Origin: Raillietiella orientalis
Taxonomy: Eukaryota
Direction: 5' to 3'
Assembly: GCA_036172245.1 (NCBI GenBank)
Contig: JAYWIR010000013.1
Span: 4,278,001-4,342,000 of the forward strand
DNA length: 64,000 bases
Part shown: positions 25,201 through 37,200 of the stretch, in pieces
Layout: the number at the start of each line of letters is the position of its first letter
Numbering within the stretch: the stretch's first letter is position 1
The notes under the pieces: generated by a model
The model's database searches: none
Told to the model about the DNA's origin: nothing
The model's input: the letters and a program-made list of their open reading frames with translations, nothing else
Position numbers and translations under genes: made by a program

Positions 25201-28200
25201 AACTTGGGATCCCCCATGGGAAGTCGGAAAATTGGAAGATGAGCACTGGAGTGAGCCAGTATCCAACATGGCTCGGGGCATGCATCAGGAGCGCGTCATG
25301 CGCCGCCACCGACCGGGATGAACAGCCTCCAGCGAGCTCTCGACTGGATGACCACATGTAGGAAAGTGTGCAGAAAGGGTATCATGCGTTCCCAGGAGAG
25401 CAAGTCTCCAGCGGATTGTCAGCATGGAAGACGGTCGTGCCGAAATCCAGACCACCCCTGAGAGACAAGCACGGTGCCGGAGGCTGCGTGAGTTTCAAAG
25501 CAACAGGATCCTTAGTTTCCGTCACTGCGGTGTCGATCAAAATCCCGAAAGATCCCAAGTATATATGTTCATTATATATATTCATATATAGATTGCTGTA
25601 TATTATAAAGATCATAAAAAGTAAATACATATGATTATGTATATGTATATCTAGATATTGATGGATAGATAAATAGAGAAAATAGATGGATGAATAGATA
25701 GGGAGCGAGATGGAGTCATAAACATATGGATAGTGAGCACGCATATTTACTAATATTCCTTGATATGCATATTATTAATGGTAATATTATTTCAACATAT
25801 GTATTTATTAATATTATTAATAATGTGTTTTTTATATATATTAATATAGAGAGAGAGGGAGATCAATACATGGATTAATATACAGATGATTGTATAGTGT
25901 TGGCTTTATAAAAAGTGCTCATTATGTATATAGAGAATCTGCAGCTTTATTTTAACACACATGTTTATTCATATTGCTAACATATACTATTAAGATTATT
26001 AATAATACACCTTAATAGGTTACTAATATATAGTAAAGATCATAAAAAGAAATGTATGATGTTCATTATGTACATTGATGTGCACATATACTCGTATTTA
26101 TGTATGTAATAAATGCGTACGATGAAATGAGTATGCAAATATCGATTTTTGAAGAATCAGAAATGGCGGTGTCAGTTAAAAGCAGTGGGGAAAGCAAGGA
26201 AGAAATTCGACGTTTCATCTTCCCAAGTGACACCTCCTCAGGGAATGATGACGAATTCTGTTTCCGGGAATTTTGTTCGTTCGCGGTTTCGGCGTTCGGG
26301 GTTTCAAACCCGACGGCCCGGTGCTTGGGGCCTCGTCCCACGCGGGCCAACATCCCAAGCATCCCACGACGAAGAATTCATCTCGATGATTTCTTCAGCC
26401 GATGAACACGAATGTTGAGAGCATTTACATAACTGGTTGCAGGGGGACTCTGGCCTGTCATTCACGGTCACTCCTCTGTTCACTTGGGACGCTCTCCACC
26501 CCTCTTCGTGGGGTTTCCTCCTCTCCCTGGCTTTCGTATGGCGGGAGAAGATTGTCTGGATTCTCCGGCTTGAGTACACGCAGCCGCCATCTGGTGCCTC
26601 AGTTCTACTACCTTCTTCTTTGGTATTCCAACATCTTGTAATACTTCCTTGTTACCAGGGTCCCACGCTCCCAGAAAGCCAACCATGAATGCGTGTGTTT
26701 TGCTTTGCTTTTCCGCCTTCTCCCAGCTGTAGTGCTGCGTCCTCGTATTTTTCCTTCCTCGTTCTTCCTGGCTTTGCTGAACGCCTCTCTCCCATTTCCG
26801 TATGGGCAGCAGACGTCTAGCACGCATATCCGGTTTCCTTTTTCCGTGACCGGTTCTTGGTAATCTCTGGTTTCTTGTCACAAGAAGACTCCAGTTTGCT
26901 TTGTCCGCTGCGGCCTTTCTGATGATCTGCTGAACCGCTCGTGGCGTGCCATGGACGGAGGAACGCGTCTCGAGCATCTATTTAGTACGTGGGACAACGT
27001 TTGGTCCTCTGTCCCGCAATGCCGGCGTGTGCGTTCTTCTGGTTTTCTTGTTGGCCCAGCATTGATTGGCAGCATTGATTGCGTGAATGAACTTGTAATC
27101 CTGGAATCTCAGGTGGTATCCATTAGTGTGGAAAAAGCTGGAGGGGTGGTGGTGCATGCCCACACAGTGCATGGCTTTCCCCTGACTGATGTGGTTTTGG
27201 ATTAGGGATCGCCATGCGTGTTCCCTTTGCAGTGTTCTCAGGCCGAAGGTAAACTTTCTTCTCGTGCTGCTGGTGAAGGTGGCGCCGTCGACCGTTATAT
27301 TCGGTTATCGAAATTTCGAATTTCATTCCACGACCCTGCTGCCATGGAAACCACACCTTTTGGTGTAATGCTATTTCAAGCTACGCAAATGTCCTCATTC
27401 CGGGATGCCAGCGCCGTCAGCAAGTTCTGGCGGACTTTAAGAGGTTCGATGATGTGCTGGTCGAGTGGTTGTAGGTGAGGGATCATATTCGGGGGCAAAA
27501 ACAGGATTTTGAAACTTTCATTTTCAGCTGTCTCGTGGCAAGTTCACGATTTTCGAAATGGTCGATTGATCCACGTCAAACTTCCAACACAGCGCTTCTG
27601 CCTTCTTTTCCATTTCACTTAGAATATCCAACTTTTGCAGAACAGTTGATGAATTTCTCTTATTCTTTCCCATCTTCGACGCCGCTGAAGAAAGTTTCCT
27701 TTGTCGAACGACAGAAAACTTAAAACGCTGACTACGTCAAGGGTTGCTTACGTCAAAAGTTTCTTCTGTCAAAGGCGGCTGTATCGGATGTGCACTGTAT
27801 ATTGATTTTTCATAATCTCCAGAATACATGTTCGTGTCCATAGTGATCCGTGTAATGAGCACATTTGTTTCTTATGATCTTTCGCCATTCCGACATCTGG
27901 GATCGTGGTCATTGGGGATTTCGAACCAGACCCGAACTGTCCGTGGCCGAAGGCGGATGAGATGTTACCTCCGCGGCTAAAGCCCCGCACGGGACCTCAG
28001 GGGTGAGGGAGTGGTGAGACCATCTCCTTCAGCGCGGGCTGCTCTGGAGTGGACTCCAAAGAGTGACACGAAGATGCAGGATGGGAAGACGTCGCCGGAT
28101 GACCAAGGAGCAGGGAGTTTGCACGGAGGAGAAGGAGGGATAGAGAGGGAGACGCAACAACTCTGCACGCTCGGAAAAATAAGTGCAGAGCGTCTCTGAG

Positions 28201-31200
28201 CTTTGGTTGCTTTTCCGCGATCAGCTTTCCCGGCCAAAGGTCATAAGTGCATCCTTGCAGAGAGGCTTTCGGGTCTCAATGGGGAATCAGCAGGCCCTTG
28301 GCTAGCTACTCCCGATATTTGGTTGCAGTTTTACTGTGTGGGCATCAACTTCTAACATTCGATCCAGACTATTTCGTGTGGATTTCGGGAGCTTCTTCGC
28401 TGATAGATGTACATGCTAAGAGACTGTCAAAACAATTTCAATCCGTACGGCCTTTGTGGACAGAAATGCCTTGCAATTTTTTTTTTTTTTCCTAGCGCAT
28501 TGCAAAAGTCGATTTCCAAGCTAGCCAGCGGAAGGAGTTTGTAAGTGACGAATGCCGCGATTCATCTTCTGCGTGTACAAACAAATCAGTCCTTGAATAA
28601 AGATACACTTCCTTAACTCGGAAAGCACACGGTCACTCCTACATTTCCATTCGAGTGCAGTGTTTCGAGAATCGATCCGTCGAACTTTCGGCACTTCCGA
28701 TCCGCCACCCTTACGAATCGCGCCGAGCACGTTTTCCAAAGATTTTAGGTTGCCTCTTCCTCCGCTGGAGCATCGCCTACGATTCATGGCGATAAAAAAT
28801 CACCCAACGCATGAATACCCTTTCGGCAACATGAGCAGCAGTGCTGCCGGAAACTGAACCCGTTCTTCTTTCCGACATCTTCGTGCCTCCATCGATTTTA
28901 CCACTCTTCTGCAGCGGCGTTGTCCTCACGTGGGAACCACCGCGATGTGCTCCAAGATCGTGCCTTCCCCTGCGGGTTCAAAGGGGAAGCATGCAGCGCA
29001 TTCCCCAATCTCCCGATCACCTCGCTTTTCCAGAAGTTCCTTGCCGTATTTTTCTAATGGATCCTTCTCCTGCTGATTCCGAATGCTCTCCAGGATACCC
29101 CTTTCTTTCCTTTCCCCCGGAGCTTCCGTACGCCGCAAAACAGGATGAGCGAATCTGCCTGCCTCTTCAGCATGGATGCTGGCAGTGATCTCGCATCGTG
29201 AAAGCAGGGGACGAAGGGGGTGCTCCATGATGCGGAGATCCCTTAACCCTTCCGAGTGCACGGTCACGCGGCAAAGGCACGAGTCTCGGGATGCGACTGA
29301 AGTGGGCTTCGCCCCCGTCACCGTCCGAAGGGAATAAAGAAGGGAATAAGTTGTCGCGCCTCTAGTGAGCTGCAGCGAAACTAAGACTAAGAACTGAGAA
29401 TTTTCTTCTGCCTTTCCTTCTTCAATGTTGAGATTACCTGACGTGTGGGAGCAGGCAATCCTCTTCAAAGAACATTGGGTGAACGACCCATGCCTTCCTT
29501 TGCGATCACATTAACCCCTGAGTTCTTCTTCTTTTTTTCTTTTCTGCCAGAAACTCCTCCAATCCTGAATGAGGGAGCTGCGCCCCCGAGTTCGCCATTA
29601 CTTCTTTCGAGAACTCCAAGGAGGTCATCTTACCTCACAGCTGCGACTCTTGCAGGTGTATTTTGTTTTGTCGTCATTTTTCATGAGGCCAGTAGCGACC
29701 TCACGGGGAGGTCATATAAGACCTACGGGGTTGCTTTCCCTAACTTGAAGAATCACACGCACCCTCGCGTGGCGTTGACCGCGCTTAAAGAGCCTTGCGA
29801 GTCCCCACGTGGCGGCATCGTCGGGCGTTTCCGATGTCCCCCCTAAGGGAGGCAACGGTTCATCAGCACTTCTTGAGAACCAAAAGAAGAAGAAAGTTCG
29901 ATTCGAGTGACGGGGGATATTCAAAGAGACCAGCCCAGAACGGGGAATGGTTTAATCGGCTTCTCTTTGGTCCCACCAGAGGTGAATGAGCAGCCCTTTA
30001 ACTGGAGTGGCGTTAGTGAGAAAAGAGCTGATTCGTGGTTGAGGAAGGAAGGGGGTGGGAGAAGCTGAGCGAATTCTCCGTTCTTAGGACGGATGCTGGC
30101 GTCGAATTTCGTCCACCGATTGCGGAATTTATTTCAAAAAAGCAGCAGTGGCACATGAGTAAATTAAACGACGGATCAATAGGATGGGGAGTAAGCAGTG
30201 GCAAATGCTATATCTGCGCAATATCTGCGCAGATAGTGCGCAGTATCATGTAAAGATCGAATTTGATCTGATTAATCCTTTGAGTGCTGTGCACGCATAT
30301 ATGCGACTGGCAAGTGTTTTTTTACCTTATACCTGTGACATAAGTTGACACTATCCATGTTTGAGACGGGGAGCAAACACTCGCGTTCTCAGAGACTCAC
30401 CTCTCTGAGAAACCGGGGACAGCATAATATTATGATTGTGTCGTGCATGAATTGATTATATTGTACCACATCCAAATGAATTGTTGATTTCATTGGGATT
30501 ACAGTTATCGTTTTTAAATGAATAGCATATGTTTGGGGAAAATGGAAATATTTTATTAATGATGTGGTGCAAACAAGCAATGGCAGTGGCAACTCTGATC
30601 AGCGCTGTATAAAGTCGTTCGGCTCCTCGGTGGAGCAGGCGGCACGCGCAGGGACCTCGGCTGCGACCCGCCTCCAGGCAAGAGCGCAGGGCGGTTTGGA
30701 CACCCCGTGAGCTCCGCACCCTCAAAGGGTTAAAGATATGTTTCGTATTACTTGGTCATATTTCCTCAATCAACTGTGCTACTTGGGCTAATCTCTCAAC
30801 ATCCAAATGTCATGGAATCCGCGATCCGATTCATTCGAATTCCAAGTGCTCTTATCTGATACCGTCTTTGGTCCTTAGGTACCTGACTGAGTACCAAGAA
30901 TTACACCTGGATTCTCCCGATCCCAGATTCTTATACCATCCTCTGCATTCCTATGTGCTGATAAGACATCTAGCAATTGGCTGGCCAGTAGTTGAAGAAA
31001 ACCTTGGATTGCTCCAAAAATTGCAGGAAAATATCAGTAAGTCTTTCCTTTCCTTTTTTTTTTTGAACGAGATTCGGTCTTGCGCCAGGAACCATTATTT
31101 TATCTGGAACTTGTTCCCATCTTCCCTTCGATTCTTAAACATCTTGCTTTGCTTCCTCCTTTCCGATGACTTCCACATCCTCCTCACTAGAAGGAGGACT

Positions 31201-34200
31201 AAAATAGACGATAAATGTACCCCACCGACCAGAAGCACGAAAATAATCCACGCTCTATGAACCTTAATTAGAGCCAACCTTGCTCTCTATTTCCGACTCA
31301 TTAGTAGATGCGGTATGTGCAGTTTTCTCTGAGTTTGTCATTGGCTTGTTCGACTGTTGCTGCTTTTGGAAGTGGTAGATGCTGCTGGCGTCGCTGTCGT
31401 AGAAGGTTTTGCAGAACTCATTTCATCAGCGTCTGTGGTAACCGTGTTGACGAAGGTGGCATGGCGCCTCCGATGTCTATTACTAATGTTTACCAGCATA
31501 AGATTTTGCAAAGGACAAGAAGAAGGTAGTGAAGATATAGCATTGGAAAAGAGCAGTCAATGAAGCTAAAGTTGACAAGGAGGATATTTTACTGTTTGAC
31601 AGACGAATCGCTGAAATTGGAACCTTTCTTGGATGAAGAGGACTCTGGAAGCCCACGCTGTTCAGTTCCTTTCCACCTTTCGATCCGCGCAAAGAATGGT
31701 TGAAAAGAGTTGCAATCCGTAGGGAGAATGCGAGGTCAGACTGGAGCACTCTTCGGGTCAAATATGCTGGGAGGAGGGATCAGTTTGCACAGAGAAGACG
31801 CGCACGTTGTCCATGGACTGGTGGTTCTGCGCTTTCGGGTACACCGAGAGAGCGCCTTTGGGGAAGAAACGAATCGCGCGTTTCCTCTCCGGCCGAGAGG
31901 TGCAAAAGTTCATCTGCGAGAGGATCGGCACGAGCATCCTTCGAAAATCCGAGCTTCCTCGTGGCAGTGCTTATTGTGTGAAGGGGCATCTCAACCACCC
32001 GTGTAGTGACCCTGTCACGGTGGAGTCAATCCATCTTTATTCCTATTCATTTAATTATTTTTTTTAAAAAAAAGCGCTTTCTCGTGACATATGCCGAGCA
32101 TTCGGCGCTTCCTGCATGTTGAATTTTCAATTCCATCTATGGCCGTTTGGTGTTGGAGTCGTGCACCGAGGTCACTTCGGTCACTTACCTCGATCTGCCG
32201 AAGTGACCGTATGAAAGGGGTCGATATGTCAAAGGAGTCGAAAGGATCGCAGCATCCCCCAGACCCCGGGTCGGTCGCAGCGTGGAACCTTCGGTTACTC
32301 TTCAGTTCAGCACTGAGATTCAGTAACTGCCGAGCTCTCGGCGACACGTCAAGGTTTAACCATTTCCCGTGGCGTTTGGTTCCCCTTGACAACGGTATTC
32401 CTTCGCAAGCGGTCGTTCTGAACCATGAGCAGGCGATGTCTTGCGAGAGAAAGGTCATCAGGACGAGGTGGCATGCACGGAACGGAATGCCAAGAACTGG
32501 AATTCCGGTCATCCTCCAGGAACCCTGTCCCGTGATGGATGAAATTCCCACCTTCTGGTTGCGCTTCAGTGAGGTCTCAGATGAGTCACTCGGCTCTCTC
32601 CGGGAGCGGTTCAGACGAGACTGCGTGCACTGAGTCATCGCACGTGCATTCTCAAAAGAAAGAACAAACCAAATTTGCTTAGTGCGTCTCCCAACATCTG
32701 CGAACACCAAAAGCATCGTCATCTGTAGTCCCTGTTTGGATGCATCGTGGCTCCTATCTTAAATGATTGTCGTTCCCATTGGGTCCAGGGGAAACGAAAA
32801 TTTTTCCCTTTTTGTGCCTACGAGGGGGTGGGCAAGTTGTGTTTACGAATTGGAGCAGCAGGAAAATAGAAAAACGTACATCTGCTCCTGCACATCTGCG
32901 TCTGGAATTCCACGTTTTCCAAATTTCCTTGCTTCGATTCTCTGGCACCGTGGCAACCGGGTGACTCTCCATGGACCCGCTTTGATCCGATGCCTCTAAG
33001 AGGGGTTGTGTGCAAGTGCCGAAATCCCGAAGGACCATAAAAAATAAATGGATATGTTTATTATACAGTCTAACATGTATATATTTATATATAGAATTAT
33101 TGTGTATTATAAAGATTGTAAAAATGCATGTGCTTATTATGTATATTAATATACATATTTATTTTGACATACACATTGTTAACATAGTTAATGATGTGTA
33201 TCAACATAGAATGCACATCATTAATTATTGTCATAATATACTCATATATTGCCTATAATCCATCCCTGTCTTTTGAACAAGTTACCTGTTATGGTAACAC
33301 AGACAAAGAGGAGTGGAACCAGTGACCAGGAAGGAAGAATAGAAGATTCCCCATCTGCCATTCTTCCTTCTTGGTCACTGAAGCTGTGTTGCGAGGGATG
33401 CCACAGCAGGGTTCACTCGTCGGGACGTCCTGTAGGCGACATGTGTTTCGGCGACATTCTCCCCTCCTTCCAAGAGCTGCTCCTCTTCCTGAGTTTGTCG
33501 CAGGCGTTGGGCATCATCCGATAATCGTCCAAGCTGATATGTCCATCCAGTAGAGAATGCAGGAGGCAACCACGGGCTGCCTCATTTTACCCGTATACAT
33601 CCGAGGTACGCCCCTGCGCACCAAGGACGGCTTCGTTGCTTGGGGTCCCAACTTCCCAGAGCCCCAGCGATGACGGCCTTTGAGAACTTTGCGGCCGCAT
33701 TCTCGGACTGCTAGTTGGCAACATTTTGGTGTTTGGATACTCTCTCCCTTCTGGCGATGCTGAGGGCTTCTTCCCCCTTCCCAAGGGGGCAGGCCACGTC
33801 CTGCACCGCCATCCTGTTGCCCTTCTGCAGCACCAGACCTGACCCCAGGGACGTGCTGAATCTCGGACACGCCAGTTTCCATCCATCTGTTTCCACCGCT
33901 GCTGCCTTGATCTCGTCCACAAGAGCATCGAGCCGGTCCGTGTGCGGACGAGAGGACACGCCACGATGACCACACGAGTGATCCGCTCCCTTCCTTCTGG
34001 CAGCTTCTCTTATGGGAAGCAGATTGAGCCTTGCGGTGTGTATGGACCGGGCAGGTGATCCCCGTTTCTAAGGCAACGGCTCGTTTTCCTACGTCAAATT
34101 TTCCTTTTCCTTTTGCCCCACAAATTGGATTGTCGTAACTATTTTTTTTCTTTTTTTAAAAATTCGGTATCCATATCATCATTTAATATATATCTGTCAT

Positions 34201-37200
34201 ATATGCACAAATATATGTAATATAATACATATCATTGATATAATTAATAATAATATTCATGCTAAAATAAATCTGCGGATTAATCTGTACACAAACGTAT
34301 GTATATAAGCATATATATTTATTTTTTATGGTCGTTCGGGATTTCGACTGTAGAAATTTCGGCGTTCGAAATTTTGACCGGCACCCCTCCTGAACCCTCA
34401 TACTTGACCAGAAACACAGCCTCCAGTCCCTCCCGTTTCAAGGACCTTGGTTTTCGTTCTGTGGAACCAGGGAGGTTAGGAGCCGGAAGTCAAAGAGTAA
34501 CGAGATGCTGGCGGCTGGCTGGCACAGCGCCTTTCCCGATTTTCCTCTGACCGAAGCGCGTGGTTCCCTGGACGAAAGGAGGCGCGGACCTGCGGGACGC
34601 GCCCTGCTCGTTCTTGCGCCGCGTCTGCGCACCGCCGGTGAACAGCTGCTTTGTAGCTCACTTGCTGGACCGAAGAAATCAAGAAATGCTGCCCGATCCC
34701 AGCGACCTGGAGGGAGCTGCGACCGCGCTGATAGACGTTCAAGAGATGTACGACTTAGATGCGAGTGCCTTGGTCACAGAGGGTAGAATCCTGTCCAATG
34801 CTCCGAGCCTGGACAGGCCATCGCCGCTGAAAGGACTAACAGGTCAATTTTCAGCTCTCCTCTCCCCCCCACGTGTCCCGCCCTCTTTCCGCGCAGCAAA
34901 GCCTGCGGGGAGCAGGACATCCCATCCGCTGAAATCCCGAATTTGCATCGTTCCGTAGTCTGGGACTCTGCGAGAATCGCCTTCCTGGCTCTGGAGAAGA
35001 GAAGGTTCTTAGCAGGAGTTGACTTCCTGATTGCTGCCCGTGAGGCCGCCCAGAAGGAAGGAGTCCTTTCGAAACCGGCGTTCGCAAAAGAGGACCTGAC
35101 TTTGGAAAAGCTAAACCGTTTTATAAACACGACGGTCAAAATGGTAGGTGACCTCAGAGTGACACCCGTTGGTCGCGGCGTTGCCGTGAGCCCGGTGAAG
35201 GAACGCTGCGTAGCACAACAGCATTGCCCCAAATTGGACCGCGCTCAGAAACGGTCAAAGCGCGAAACAAAAAGGAAAAGAAAAGAAACCTTACAGGCGC
35301 GTTTTAGAAAGAAGCAGTTGCAGGAGAACGGTTGGCCGAGTTTAAGAGATAATGGCCGTCGTCTGATCTCCGAACAGAACAAGAAAAATTTCCTTTGACG
35401 ACGGCATTCCAAGAGAACCGCGCGCAGGCGCACCGTAGCGTAAACCGTTCCATCTCCGCAGCGCTCTTCCGAACGCATCTTTGTATCTGGAGGGAAGCTG
35501 AATTCTTTCCAGATCGGTGGCTGCTGTTATTCACAACGAGATGCGTTTCTTTCCCGTTCTGTCTTTTCCCAAGCACAACGAGATTCTCCGGAAGAGAGGT
35601 CCCATCTCCGCAGCTCACAGCACCAAGGGGAGGATCCTGTCGGAAGCGACGCTGCTCAACGACTCCAGCCCTCGCTCGATCTCGCTCCAGAAATTTGAAG
35701 GCGATGTCGAAGCCTTCCGGTCGCTCAACTATAAGATGCTCTGCCAGGGGAAAACCCTAGAGGTCAGCTCGGGTAGCCGACGGCGCTCACTTCCGAAAGC
35801 CGGCGTGTCTTTTGCGCTTCAGAAGTCCGAACTGCCACCGGAGGGTTTCGAACGGAACAAAAGACTGAGCTGCCGGTTCGTCCACAACAACCACCCGTGG
35901 CTGAGGATCGCTCCTTATAAAATGACCGTGATGTCTCAAGACCCGTACATCGTCAAAATCCACCAGGTTCTCACGCCGAGAGAGACGAAGGAGATCCAAA
36001 ACTTCTCCATCCCGAGGCTGGTCATACCATCAGGAAAAGTGAACCCCAAGAGTGCGAAGAACGACTGGACGATGAAGCAGTAAGTGGCGGCCACGCAAAC
36101 CCGCGATGCCCCCCCGTGCCCTCCGCAGCAACTGGCCCACTGAGCAAGAAGTGCCATCTCTCGACAAGCTGACGAAAGTAATTGAAGCTTTAACTGGGCT
36201 CGTGGCCATCACCGGCCATTCCGAACCCTTCATGGTAAGGAGTGTCCGTTCCCACCCCGCTGCTCCTCCTCGCCCGGACGCGGGGATCCGGGAATTTCGC
36301 TCTCGACCTCCTGGTGAGACGGCCCGCGGCGAGGGACCCTCGAAGCGTTTCGAGCGTGGGCAGCCCTGGAACTCCTCTGAGCGCGGTTCCCGAAACGTTC
36401 CCTCGGGTCCGCTCGAAACCTCACCTCGACACGGGTCGACCTCTTCGGAGTATTCTCCACACCGCGCGACCACGGAAGTGCCGCTGCCTCGAGCCGCACT
36501 TCTGTGGCTTTTTTTCACGCATACCACGAGTGCGTGACCTCTTGGTCGGTCCACCCGTGCTGCATCTTGCAGTTCACCTGAAGCCGTTTTTGCACTCTTT
36601 CCTATCGACCGTTTCACGACATGCCGTGATGGACGGGGAAATTCCCTGAGGGGAAAAACAACGTCCCTCGCAGCAGGGATGTTCTTCGTGATACCCCACT
36701 ATTTGCGGGGGGGGGGGTCAGAAACCCCAATGTCCAAAGATCATGAAAAATAATGCGTATACTTACCCAACATATTGATATTCATATATAGATTGATACA
36801 TACTCATGTAAAGATTTAGATATATGTATTTATGCATTGATTAATATATGCTTATATATAAATCAATGTATAAATATCAATGTACTATTATAAAGATTGA
36901 AAAATAAATATATGTGCTTATCACATATATTGATATATATGTTTATTTGGAGATCAATGTGTGAATTTATTCTAACATACACATTCAAAGGCTTATTGTT
37001 ACTGTAATTAATATGAACAACAATATTTATAATGTGCATTAATATATTATTTATATGTATCTAAAAGATTATAAAAACATATGTTCATTATATGTATTGC
37101 TTTATGTAATTAAACGCATATCAAATGCATATATAAATATCGAAATGTAAACACATGTATTTTCCAAACGGTAGACTTCGCGAAAATAGAATTTGCCATT

